A DNA stretch of 64,000 bases from the human T2T-CHM13v2.0 reference genome, Homo sapiens, in NCBI RefSeq assembly GCF_009914755.1, contig NC_060931.1; one strand, given 5' to 3'. Positions within the stretch are counted from its first letter, which is position 1; the number at the start of each line of letters is the position of its first letter. The translations under genes and the position numbers were made by a program. This document shows positions 28,431-40,526 of this stretch, piece after piece. The notes beneath the pieces are model-generated. The model was not told where the DNA came from. It made no database searches and saw nothing but the letters and a program-made list of their open reading frames with translations.

Positions 28431-29113
28431 TCTCTCCTTTTAGTTTTAATTGAAGTTCAGAACAACCTATATCATGTTTCTAACACAACATTAAAAACAT
28501 GAAAGTGCACAGATTACTTTATAAAATGTTAATTATGAAATTATGAGACCCAATAATATTCATATTATAAAATGTTTAAAATATAGCAAAAGATAAAGAA
28601 CGCATTTTAAGATAAACTCTAACCAATACCACTACTTGAAGATAATAATAATTGGCCCTTAAATATATTTCTTTATTGTGGTATACACACATACACAAAC
28701 ACATGCACATACACATAGTCATACATGTATGCTGTGTTTTTACTTCATATTGTGAAACACCCAATATTCTTCAAAACACTATTTAGAGAGCTGCTAAATA
28801 GACTTTTTATTACTATTAATTTAAAAATTAACAATTAACTGAATTAAACTGTCCAACATTTGATTAAAATAAACAATAACAAAGTGAAGAAATGCGTGTT
28901 TGAAAAATTCACATATTTATTTCCTTAACATATATCATTTAATGAGGAATTATTGTTTAAAGAATATTAATAAAAATGTGAGGCTCTTGATTTAAATTAT
29001 TAAATAACTCTAAAGATTGTAAGAATTACACTGCCACTAGCAGTCCATTTGTACATATACTTACTGCTTATTTATGATTTTTTTTTCCTTTTCTTTTTTA
29101 TCTTTTGGGTGTC

Positions 29114-30182
29114 CGTTGCGGGAAGTCAGGGACCCCAGATGGAGGGACAGAGTGAAGCTGCAGCAGAAGAACATAAATTGTGAAGATTTCATGGACATTT
29201 ATCAGTTCCCAAAATTAATACTTTTATAATTTCTTATGCCTGTCTTTACTGCAATCTCTGAACATAAATTGTGAAGGTTTCATGGACATTTATCACTTCC
29301 CTAATAATACTCTTATAATTTCTTATGTCTGATTTTACTTTAATATCTTAATCCCGTTATCTTTGTAAGCTGAGAATGTATGTCACCTCAGGATCAGTAT
29401 TGTACAAATTGATTGTAAAACATGTGTGTTTGAACAATATGAAATCAGTGCACCTTAAAAAGGAATAGAATAACAGTGATTTTCAGGGAATAAGGGAAGA
29501 TAACCATAAGGTCTGACTGTCTGTGGGTTGGGCAGAATAGAGCCATATTTTTCTTCTTGCAGAGAGCCTATAAAAGGACGTGTGAGTAGGAGAGATATCA
29601 CTGAATTCTTTTCCCAGCAAGGAATATTAATAATTAATACCCCGGGGAAGGAATGCATTACTTGGGGGAGGTCCATAAACGGCCGCTCTGGGAGTGTCTG
29701 TCTTACGTGGTTGAGATAAGGCCTGAAATACTCCCTGGTCTCCTGCAGTACCCTCGGGCTTACTAGGATTGGGAAATTCCAGCCTGGTAAATTCTAGTCA
29801 GACCGGTTCTCTGCTCTCATCAGACCTGTTTCCTGTTAAGATGTTTATCAAGACAATAGATGCACAGCAGGACATAGACCCTCATCAGTAATTCTAATTT
29901 TGCCTCCACCTTGTGATCTTTCTCGCCCTTGGAAGCATGTGATCTTTGTGACCTACTCCCTGCTCGTACACCCTCTGCCCTTTTAAAATCCCTAATAAAA
30001 ACTTGCTGGTTTTGCGGCTCAGGGTCATCATCACGGTCCTACCAATATGTAATGTCACCCCTGGAGGCCCAGCTGTAGAATTTCTCTCTTTGTACCCTTT
30101 CTCTGTATTTCTCAGACCGGCCAACACTTAGGGAAAATAGAAAGGACCTAAGTTAAAATATTGGGGGCTGGTTCCCCCAATT
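29114..30182 (+). mobile_element. MER11 (HERV-K11/HML-8) solo LTR
   Basis: Start 'gttgcgggaagtcagggacccc' and end 'atattgggggctggttccccc' match MER11; AATAAA at ~29994. It interrupts a short antisense L1MA 3' end. Confidence 0.93.
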
Positions 30183-30314
30183 GTATGTAGTAGGCATATA
30201 TATTTATGGGGTAAAACTAAGCATATTTTTAATGCATGGAATAAGACTAGAAATTAATAATAAGAAATTTTGGAAAGTATAAAAATACATAGAAATCATT
30301 TATTCAAAAATTAT

Positions 30315-31590
30315 GTTTTATTTGCATAAATTTAAGGGATACAGGTGCAGTTTTTTTGCATGGATATATTGCATAATGGTCAAGTCTGGGATTTTAGTGT
30401 AGCCATCATCCAAATAACATACATTGTACCCATTAAGTAATGTCTCATTCCTCACCTCATTTCCATCCTCCCACCATTCTGAGTCTTCAGTGTTTATTAT
30501 TCCACATTCTATGTTCATATATACACATTATTTAGCTCTCATTCATAAATGAGACCATATGGTATTGGACTTTCTATTTCTGAGTTGTCTCACTTAAGGG
30601 CCTCTAGTTCACCCATGTTGCTGCAGAAGACACAATTGCCTTCTTTTTAAAGGCTAAATAGTATTCCATTGTGTGTATATACATATATATACATGGGGAC
30701 TAGCAGTAATGCACGAAGTACATAAAAGCACCTATGTAATAGTGCTAATTGATTAGTACTGACATGGTAGTCAAAGTATGTGCTGAGAAAGAATTCATAC
30801 ACAGTTAAGAGATCTATATACATGCATATATATGAGAAATTTTCTTTATCCAGTCGCCTGTTGATAGACACTTAGGTTGATTCTATATCTTTGCTGTTAT
30901 GAATAATGCTGTAATAAATATATGTGTGCAGGTATCTTTCTGACATAATGATTTCTCTTTTCTTTGGACAGATATCCAGAAGTGGGATTACTGGATTGAA
31001 TGGTGGTTCTATTGTTAGTTCTTTGAGAAATTTCCCTAGTATTTTCCATAGAGGTTGTACTAATTTACATTCCCACTAACAGTGTATAAGCATTTCTTTT
31101 TCTCCACATCCTTGCCAACATCTGTTATTTTTTGACTTGTAATAATAGTCATTCTGACTGGGGTAAGATGATATCTCATGATGGTTCTTATTCATATTTC
31201 TCTAATAATTATCTACAGCATTTTTCATATGCTTATTGGTTATTTGTATGTCTTTTGAAAAATGCCTATTCATGTTTTTTGCCCACTTTTTAATGGGGCT
31301 ATTTGTGTTTTTAATGTTATTGTTTGATATCCTTGTATATTATATTCTGGATATTATTCCCCTATAAGATGAATAGTTTACAAATATTTTCTCCCATTCT
31401 GCAGGTCTTCTCTTTACTCTGTTGATTATTTATTTTGCTGTAAAGAAGCTTTTTAGTTTAAGTAAGTCCTATTTGTCTATTTTTGTTTTTGTTTCTTTGC
31501 TTTGAGATCCTAGTCACGAATTATTTGCCTAGACCAATGTCCAGAAGCGTTTTCTCTAGATTTTCTTTTAGTATTTTCATAGTTCTCGGT
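30315..31590 (-). mobile_element. L1PB/L1MA-type 3' end and ORF2 tail
   Basis: 'tacattgtacccatta', 'tagtattccattgtgtgtatata' and 'tttacattcccactaacagtgtataagcatt' are antisense L1. Confidence 0.92.
30692..30814 (-). other. Probable NUMT from the 5' (TAS/ETAS1) end of the mitochondrial control region
   Basis: The minus strand reads TATGTACTTCGTGCATTACTGCTAGTCCCCATG, 28/33 to the human D-loop block as recalled (TATGTATTTCGTACATTACTGCCAGCCACCATG). It is a non-L1 insert flanked by 10-bp direct repeats tatatacatg. Confidence 0.8.
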
Positions 31591-31821
31591 CTATTGTGAC
31601 ATATGTATCCATATTTTTATGCATTTTCTAGTATTGTACTTGATAGTTTTCATTTGGTTCATAATTAATTAAATGAAAATATATAGTAGAAGCTTTTCAT
31701 GTAACAATAACATCAATTATTTTGTCTGTTATATATGTTCCCATATGGAACAAAGGCTTTTAGGCAGAAACATGCCTGGTGTTTTGGAGAGACAAAACAG
31801 TGATGACTTGTGTAGTAATAA

Positions 31822-32185
<364 letters not shown>

Positions 32186-32622
32186 ATGGACTTTTCAAGG
32201 TAAAGAAAGACCATTCATATGAAGTCAGAGTAAAATGGGGAGTTTTAGAGGCTATAGAGAGGAGTCACGAAAATCAGGAAAAGTTAAAGAACATGAATGA
32301 AGGCAAAGAGCACAACCAACAGTGACAAATGGTATTATTGCGTCAAATATGATGATGATTGAAAAACACTGAAGTCATGGACATTGTGTCTGTGGGGCAA
32401 AAGTCTAAGTGGATTGGCTTAAGAGAGGTTGAGAGGAGAGCGGGTGAGGATAGAAAAGTCATTCAAAGGTTTTTGCTACAACATGGGAGCAAGACAATGC
32501 AGAAAACAGGTTCAAGATAAATTTTATATTTTATTTTATATATAGAATAGGAAAAATACAGCACACATCAAAGCAAATGAAAATGATCCAGTAGAGAAAA
32601 TAGGATGTATAGATGAAACAGG

Positions 32623-33052
32623 TGTTAAAGCAAACTAAATATGGCCTGAGAATGACTCCATACTTATGTATTTGAGTACTTGTGGATGAACTGTAATCCA
32701 GCTTAATAGTCAGACAAAATTGAAAACCTAACTTAATATTATGAACTGTAACAATAGCTGAGTGTTGGCTAATCACAGTGCCCATACTTTGACTACTTAT
32801 AGACTGCGGACTGTTCAGACTGTGTTCAAATAAGGCAAACACCAAGCTGTAATCAATCTTGCTGTTTCTGTACCTCACTTCTGATTCCTATATGTCACTT
32901 TACCTTCTTAGTCTATAAATTTGTTCTGACTACAAGGCACCCCTGTAGTCTCTGTGAATCTGCTGTGATTCTGAGGGCTGCCTGATTTGCAAATCCTTCA
33001 TTGCTAAATTAAATTATTTTAAATTTACTTGGCTAAAATTTTTCTTTTATCA
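32623..33052 (+). mobile_element. 5' LTR (MER57-like)
   Basis: 'tgttaaagcaaactaaatatggcctgagaa...tttcttttatca'; aligns end to end with 40096-40526. Confidence 0.93.
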
Positions 33053-33054
33053 GA

Positions 33055-33072
33055 TGGTTTCAGAAGTAGGAT
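33055..33072 (+). promoter_or_regulatory. Primer-binding site, tRNA-Leu
   Basis: tggtttcagaagtaggat matches TGGTGTCAGAAGTGGGAT (complement of the tRNA-Leu-CAA 3' end, recalled) at 16/18, 2 nt after the LTR. Confidence 0.8.
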
Positions 33073-35568
33073 CCAAAGTGGAGCTTCTAGCAACCCCCAG
33101 GAGTGCTCAGTGAACATGAAAGGTACCTGCAGGATCCACTTGTGTACACTGATCTCTGAGTGGCTGGGGATTGCGGGAAAGCTCCCTCTCAGATTTTGGA
33201 GCTCCAGGGATTTATGTTTTGAGCCCTTTGAGTTTCTTTGAGCAAATTTCTGACCCAAACTGGGTTTGGAGTCATGATAGAAACTGGACTGGGTCTAGGA
33301 ATGGATTTGATTAACTGGCTTGGATCCAGTTAGGGGCCTCCTACATCTGAATAGGTCAGAAAGGAACTGGTAGTAAGCAGTAATATTGCAGAGGTTATAA
33401 AATATGGCTTTTTAAAATTCACAGAGATTTTGTGTTCTACCCCTTTGTTTCATTTTCCTTGTGCACTTAGGTAGGAAACATCATTGGCTAAGTTAATCAA
33501 TATAACCTGAGAGTAAAGCCAATAATTTAGGTAAAAATGGAATCTTTAATTGCTGGAAAACTGAGTTCCTTCTGGCTTATACATTAGGCCTGGGAGGCAG
33601 CTAAGTCTTGCAGAAATGGTGAGATCTTACTAAAGATAACTTACAGTGGAACATTCCGAATGAATAACAATGCATTGAAGTACATTTAAAAATGAGGGCT
33701 GTTGGTAAACCTGCTTTTGGCTAAGAATGGATTTGGCACTACGTGATGTCAACTGCTATTCTCTTTGGAATAATATGCCTTGCATCCTTTGCTGATGGCT
33801 GTGGATGACAAAATTAGGCATGTACAGGTTTGTGGGGCATGGGGAGTGTTTTCCTTCCCCCTCAAAAAAGGGAAACTTGAGAGCTGATGGGACTGTTGGG
33901 AAAAGATTCCTTCATGACAGCAGCCACAGCTGCCTGAACTTTTCAGTGTCACTGCAATGGATAAATCTTTCTCTGGCCTCCCATGCTTTTATCTCTCCTT
34001 TCCATTTTTTATCTTTTCTGTTACTCAAGGCAACCACCTTGATCAGAGACCACATACTGAAACTTCTAGTCGAAGGTTGGATTAAAGATGATGGGGCCCA
34101 TCTGAGGGCAAATTTAAGCTTTGCCAGCTTGGTTTTGGGTGCTAAGCAAAGTGGCTAATGTCTAAGCTTTATTACATGTATTTTGCTCTTGCCAGAACGT
34201 AAAAAGGTAATGTTCCTTTATAATGCAGCTTGGCCCCCAGCGCGATGGTGTGGCAAGCTGAGTCACTGAGGTCACTCAGGGAAAGGGAACCCAGAAGCCT
34301 GGCATGCTGGCAAAAGGGTAAGAATTTCTTACCAGTCAGATTACTGGCTTTGGTCTCTCTGTGCAAACGGTTGAATGAATGGTAAAAATGACTGTTTGTC
34401 TCTTCTGTAAAGTTCTGATTAATGCCAAAAAGAATTCTGAGGCCAGTATGAAACTGATGTATTTGTGCTGTGAATTCATTTTTCTGTGTTGAGGGGTACT
34501 TTAGGAAAAAACATGAACTTAGGACCCCATAAGCTTGCTGCTCAAGACGGCCCAATAAGCAGGTCAATAACAAACTTTGCTTCAGGTCCCTGAAACAAAC
34601 AAACACAAAAAACTGGATGGGGTCTCCATCTTGTTTTATGTCCCTTGGAGCTTGACCTTGTAACCACGTGGCAGTTCTTTTGGTCTCTGCCTTTCAGGGA
34701 GCAGGAATTTTAGCGTTTATGTAATAGCTATAAAAATTATCTTGAGTAGTTAAAATCCTTTTTAACCTCAAAATTAAGTACTCTAGACTCCTTCTGAGAA
34801 GGGTAGTAGAGATTGCCCCATGCTACAACTCAATAGATAAGGTTTCTGCCTTTTCACACTGGTAGTCTGAGTTCAATTCCCTGCTTAGGAAGTAAGTCCT
34901 TTCTGGTTTAATATCTGCATGTCCTTGTCTAGTCTCTTTTCCTCCACAGGCTATCTTAAATTTTTCTTTCTCTGAACACCTGGAAGTTACCTTTGGTAAA
35001 AGTTCAATAGCCAGAAATATCAGCCATTTGGCCTGGCTAAAATTGGGGTAAAAAAAAGTTTCAAAAGGACTTTATTAAAAAGTGCTATGGTTAAAAGTCA
35101 GTTTAATTAAAAGTAGATATTCAAGCTCTCACAGGCTGGACTCCCTGGGAAAAACAGGAGGCACTAGAAACCCCTTTCCTGGTCCTGTTCTTTCAAGCAC
35201 TCCAACATAAAGCAAATAACCAATTAAGAAATTTAAAAACTGACAAATAAAAAATCTTACAACTACTGTAGTAATCTTTGTCTGTGTAATTATATATGTA
35301 CTGTGTGTACTGTTTATGTAAAAGAGCTCTAATTAATTAGCTTAAACAAAAATAAGTGCTTAAATCAAATATTTTAAAATCAAAATGAAAACGGTAATGC
35401 CTTTTAGTTCATGTAGCTTTAGTAATCTTTGGAAAATAAAAACAGCTTTAAAGATGATTGATGAAATAAAGGCATTTGTTAAAATTGTGCAGGTCAGATA
35501 TTAGGCTTGCTAAATGCTTTAAGGTCATAAACTACTTTGACTTTTGAAAATTGTTCAATTTATTTTGG

Positions 35569-36782
35569 TGTAGAAAGCTGAAACTGGATACCTCCCTTAC
35601 ATCTTACGCAAAAATTAATTCAAGACAGATAAAAGGCTTAAATGTTAGACCTAAAACCATAAAAACCCTAGAAGAAAACCTAGGCAATACCATTCAGGAC
35701 ACAGGCATGGGCAAGGACTTCATGACTAAAACACCAAAAGCAATGGCAACAAAAGCCAAAATAGACAAATGGGATCCAGCAAAACTAAAGAGCTTCTGCA
35801 TGGCAAAAGAAACTATCAGCAGAGTGAACAGGCAACCTACAGAATGGGAGAAATTTTTGCAATCTACCTATCTGAAAAAGGACTAATATCCAGAATCTAC
35901 AAAGAACTTAAACAAATTTACAAGAAAAAAATGAACAACCCCATCAAAAAGTGGCCAAAGGATATGAACAGACACTTCTCAAAAGAAGACATCTATGCAG
36001 CCAACAGACACATGAAAAAATGCTCATCATCACTGGTCATCAGAGAAATGCAAATCAAAACCACAATGAGATACCATCTCACACCACTTAGAATGGCAAT
36101 TATTAAAAAGTCAAGAAACAACAGATGCTGGACAGGATGTGGAGAAATCGGAACACTTTTACACTGTTGGTGGGAGTGTAAATTACTTCAACCATTGTGG
36201 AACACAGTGTGGCGATTCCTCAAGGATCTAGAACTAGAATTACCATTTCACCCAGCAATCCCATTACTGGGTATATACCCAAAGGATTATAAATCCTGCT
36301 ACTCTAAAGACACATGCACACATATGTTTATTGAGGCACTATTCACAATAGCAAAAACTTGGAACCAACCCAAATGTCCATCAGTGATAGAGTAGATTAA
36401 GAAAATGTGGCACATATATACCATGGAATACTATACAGCCATAAAAAGGATGAATTCATATACTTTGCAGGGACATGGATGAAGCTGGAAACCATCATTC
36501 TCAACAAACTATCACAAGGACAGAAAACCAAACACCACATGTTCTCACTCATAGGTGGGAATTGAATAATGAGATCACTTGGACACAGGGTGGGGAACAT
36601 CACACACTGGGGCCTGTTGTGGGGTGGGGGGTTGGGGGAGAGATAGCATTAGGAGAAATACCTAATGTAAATGATGAGTTGATGGGTGCAGCATACCAAC
36701 ATGGTGCATGTATACCTTTGTATCAAACCTGCACGTTGTGCACATATACCCTGGAACTTAAACTATAATAATAATTAAAAAA
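35569..36782 (+). mobile_element. L1PA (about L1PA6) 5'-truncated, nested in the provirus
   Basis: Frameshifted ORF2 C-terminus with the CCHC knuckle ([21 protein letters not shown] 35769-36395), 3' UTR and A tail. Confidence 0.96.
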
Positions 36783-39039
36783 TGGAAACATTAAATTCTA
36801 AATAAGGCCTGGGGATATAAGAAATTAGCTGTGCCCCCTAGCTATGCAAAGAAGGTGATAAAGTAAAGAGATTTTGTGTAAGAAAGGATGTTTTATGGTA
36901 AATTCTTGTCCTAAAGTAAAATGACTGGTTATTTAAAAAGAGGGATGTTTAGGTTAAGTCAGAAAGTCTAAACATGTCATACATGGTCTGTGTAAGTCAT
37001 GAAAGAATTATGAAAAGGAATTTATGCCAGAAATGTTGTACAATTTAAAGGTGTTTAGGCCTCCTAAATGCTTCATAAAATGCCATTATGGCTCTTAACT
37101 GTACAGCCTGCCTGCTTTCCATCTAGGTAAGGCCTGGGACACGTGGAGTTACACACTGGAAAGTCAGGCCTTATCTGCATTTCTGTCTGGGTCTTAGGCT
37201 CCACACCTAGTACATAACTAAAATCCCTTACTTAACAAGGTTTTCACCAAAAATAAAAGTCGTTATGAGTTAACATTGTAATATGTAATTGAGACTACTG
37301 AAGAAATGAGTTCACATGCAAGGTGTGTAAGTAGAATGAAATTGATTTTTGTAAGAGATTATAAGAAAGTATGGGAATGTAAATCTTCGCCTAGGTTAGA
37401 GGGTTAAATAATTGTTTTAAATTAAATAAAGCAAAAGGTTTGAACAAGTTGTGGAAAGTTTATACTTAATTGTAAGAGATTCTATGTGTGAACATATTGA
37501 CTAAAGTTAAAATAGCATTATTCAGTTTTTTCCATAAATTGGACATTGGAATAAAAGCACAACAGAGTTTTCTTAGAACACTGTTCTTCTCTGAGAAAAA
37601 AAATTGTAAAGGGTTATAAAAGATTAATAAAAAACTTACCTTATGGTCAAACTAATTAAAACTAAATGGGATTTATAAAATGTTATTAAAAACAATCTTT
37701 AACATTAAACATACACTAATGGAAATATAAAATTTAGTTTTCTCTTTTAAAAATGATTTTTATGTAATATTAAAAGATAATGAAAGGTTTTTGTTTACAT
37801 TTTAAGTAAACTACAAAAGAAAAAATGGGGGAAGGGAAAGAAAGGAGACAGAGTCAGCTGGCCTCATGCTATCTTCACTGGGTCTTCTTTGGAAACCTGA
37901 GTCCTCTCTATCAGAATAACGTTTCTTCTTTTAAAAATTTTGAGTTATCATTTTGGCTAAATCGGGCTCTAGACTATCATGCTAAATCAGCCAATACTAA
38001 AATGGTTTAAATATACAATTTGAATGAACTTCATGGGCTAATTCAAATTACCTGTGGTAAGTTATTAGTTATCAGTGCTATGCACCTAAATTGGAGAAAC
38101 AACTGGTATTCAAGAAGACCTAAGTCCAATGTTAAGCATGGACTCATAAGAAACCAGGACAGCCACCTTAGCTTTCCTGAGTCCTTAAAGCTTTTGTTAT
38201 TAAATGTTCTGCATTCCATGACTCGTCATGGAAAAGATAAAATAATCCAAATTGAATATATAGATGTGATGATTTATAAATTGCAGAAATAGTTTAAAAC
38301 CAATGTTTGGTTACATATTACTGGAAAGACAATCAAATCTTCAGGTACATTTGGCTACCTGATGGGCCATTTAAACATTTATAAAGGGATTTCATTCAAT
38401 TGTCACTTTTATTGCATGTTTTCTGTTTGTATAAAAGCTTTCCAATGCAAGAGGGCTGGTGTTATAACAGTAAATTATTATGCTACAGTATATATTCACC
38501 AGGTAAATAAAAAGCTTCTTATGGTTCACTGAGGACAATCCCTTCACAATCTAGAACCTGAAGACTGGATCTTCTGAGAACATCAGAGATAGACTATCCT
38601 GGCCATCCACACTGCAGCAAAACTTAACTTTGGAGCCTTGAACCTTAGGTTCATAATCTCACAACTGAGAAGGGTCCCTCCACACTCCTGGAACTGTACA
38701 CCCATTGGAACCCTTAAGGTAAAACTAACCAGAAAAATTTCTCCGCAGAAGAAGATGGCATCCTCAATGTAAACAGCTTTCCCCAAGATCACAGATCAAT
38801 ACTTCTACTATCACGAGACTCATATCTTTGAATATGTTTTTCCTTGTTTATGCCTCTACAAACAATAGAAATGAAAAGGGGGTCCATTATGTGCACTTAC
38901 ATGGTATACTTTTGTGAAGAATTTTGCAGCCAGCTTTATACATGAATGAACTTAGACTTTAATAGATAAAAGATAAAGGCCCAATGTAGGTGAGAAACTT
39001 TAGTGGTAAATACATTGCCTCATAATCAGTCAAAACTCC

Positions 39040-39600
39040 TCTTAACCCACATCATAGATTACAGAGAATATTGCCAAGAGGCCTTCATTCTTTTAGAAGG
39101 ACATCATTTGTTAGGTCCTTTTTCCATGGTTTAGAATAAAAGAGGCATTAATTAGAAATGTCTCCCTCATAATAGGCTCTACAGCAAATTGTACTTTAAA
39201 GGCTATTGTTACACAACAGACTTTAAATTCTCTTGTGAAAGTTATATGAAATAATAAAATTGGCTAAACAGAAAAGTACCTGTGCAGCTGCTGGCACTTG
39301 TGGCCTATGGATAAATACATCAAATGTAGATTATAAAAATTCAATTGTAGGGGATTAATGAAAAAAAACCACTTAGTCACATGGGCAGACTCTTCATCTA
39401 GTCATTCTTTAATCTACTTAATTTTTGGTGGTTTGGTTTATCTGGACGCTGGGTAAGAAGCAAGCCATAGTAGTCTCCCTGGTGCACTATATTCTCTCAA
39501 AGATTTTAAATGTTTGCATGCACTCATTTCTAGAACATCATATGGTCTCTCTTCAACTGGAATGACAAAAGCTGAAAGAAATGTGTGATCATGAGGACAC
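39040..39600 (+). pseudogene. Retroviral env transmembrane-subunit relic
   Basis: Manual translation gives FPWFRIKEALIRNVSLIIGSTANCTLKAIVTQQTLNSLVKVI*NNKI, then in another frame AKQKSTCAAAGTCGLWINTS, resembling the gamma-type heptad/ISD/CX6CC region. Contains stops and frameshifts. Confidence 0.75.
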
Positions 39601-40082
39601 CGTAACCTATGAATGACACACTGAGACCAGAAACCTAAAATGATGGTAACTGAGAGTGGCATTAAGGACCTAAGTTTTGGTCATACTCTCACCTAGGTGG
39701 GAAGCTAGCCATAAGGGGGGAATTTTTTTAAAAACAGAATTTTGGGAGGCCATTATTTTGGACTAAGTTCATGCCCTAGGCCCCAACGAATCAAACCAAA
39801 CTATAATGGAGTCACTCGTGCTAAATGTGACATAATCAAACTAAGGCTTTAAGAAAAAGCATAGATCCTAGAACAGACAAGGTTTTGTTTTTCTCCTGTA
39901 AACAGGATGTTCCCGCATAAGGAGGTACTACCCTCTCTACTCAGCCTTTATTCCCTCCTTGCAAAATATGCTGCTCCACTGTTTCCCAGTGGGTTTCACA
40001 AACATATAAGTACATTTATGATAGTGATCATAACATTAATGACTAAGGTTTTGGTCAATCTCTCAAATTTGAGAAAATGACC

Positions 40083-40094
40083 AAAAGGGGGGAA
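40083..40094 (+). promoter_or_regulatory. Polypurine tract
   Basis: aaaaggggggaa immediately before the 3' LTR. Confidence 0.9.
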
Positions 40095-40095
40095 T

Positions 40096-40526
40096 TGTTA
40101 AAGCAAACTACATATGGTCTGAGAAGGACTTCATACTTTTGTATTAGAGTCCTTGTGGATGAACTGTAAGCTAGCTTAATAGTCAGACAAAATTGAAAAC
40201 CTAACTTAATACTATGTACTGTAACAACAGCTGAGTGTTAGCCAATCCCAGCGGCCATGCTTCAACCACTCATAGACTGCCAAGTGTTCAAACTGCATTC
40301 AAATAAGGCAAACGCCGAGCTGTAGCCAATCTCACTGTTTCTACACCTCACTTCCGATTCCTGTACGTCACTTTATCTTTTTTGTCTATAATTTTTTTCT
40401 GACCATGAGGCACTCCTGGAGTCTCTGTGAATCTGCTGTGATTCTGGGGGCTGCCCAATTCAAGAATCCTTTATTGCTCCATTAAACTCTTTTAAATTTA
40501 ATTTGGCTAAAGTTTTTCTTTTATCA
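40096..40526 (+). mobile_element. 3' LTR (MER57-like)
   Basis: Direct repeat of the 5' LTR, roughly 85% identical by eye. Confidence 0.93.

Larger units (their letters stand above)
32623..40526 (+). mobile_element. Complete MER57-type ERV1 provirus (non-coding, degraded)
   Basis: Two ~430-bp LTRs with TG...CA ends, perfect 4-bp TSD CAGG (32619-32622/40527-40530), primer-binding site, polypurine tract (PPT), pol and env relics. Confidence 0.95.

Noticed and set aside
29169-29330. ~90-bp direct repeat (gaacataaattgtgaag...)
   Set aside because: Internal duplication that I recall as part of the MER11 consensus, so not locus-specific.
35551-36768. ORFs of 111, 208 and 97 aa
   Set aside because: Frameshifted pieces of L1 ORF2 and 3' UTR in a 5'-truncated L1PA, not a host gene.
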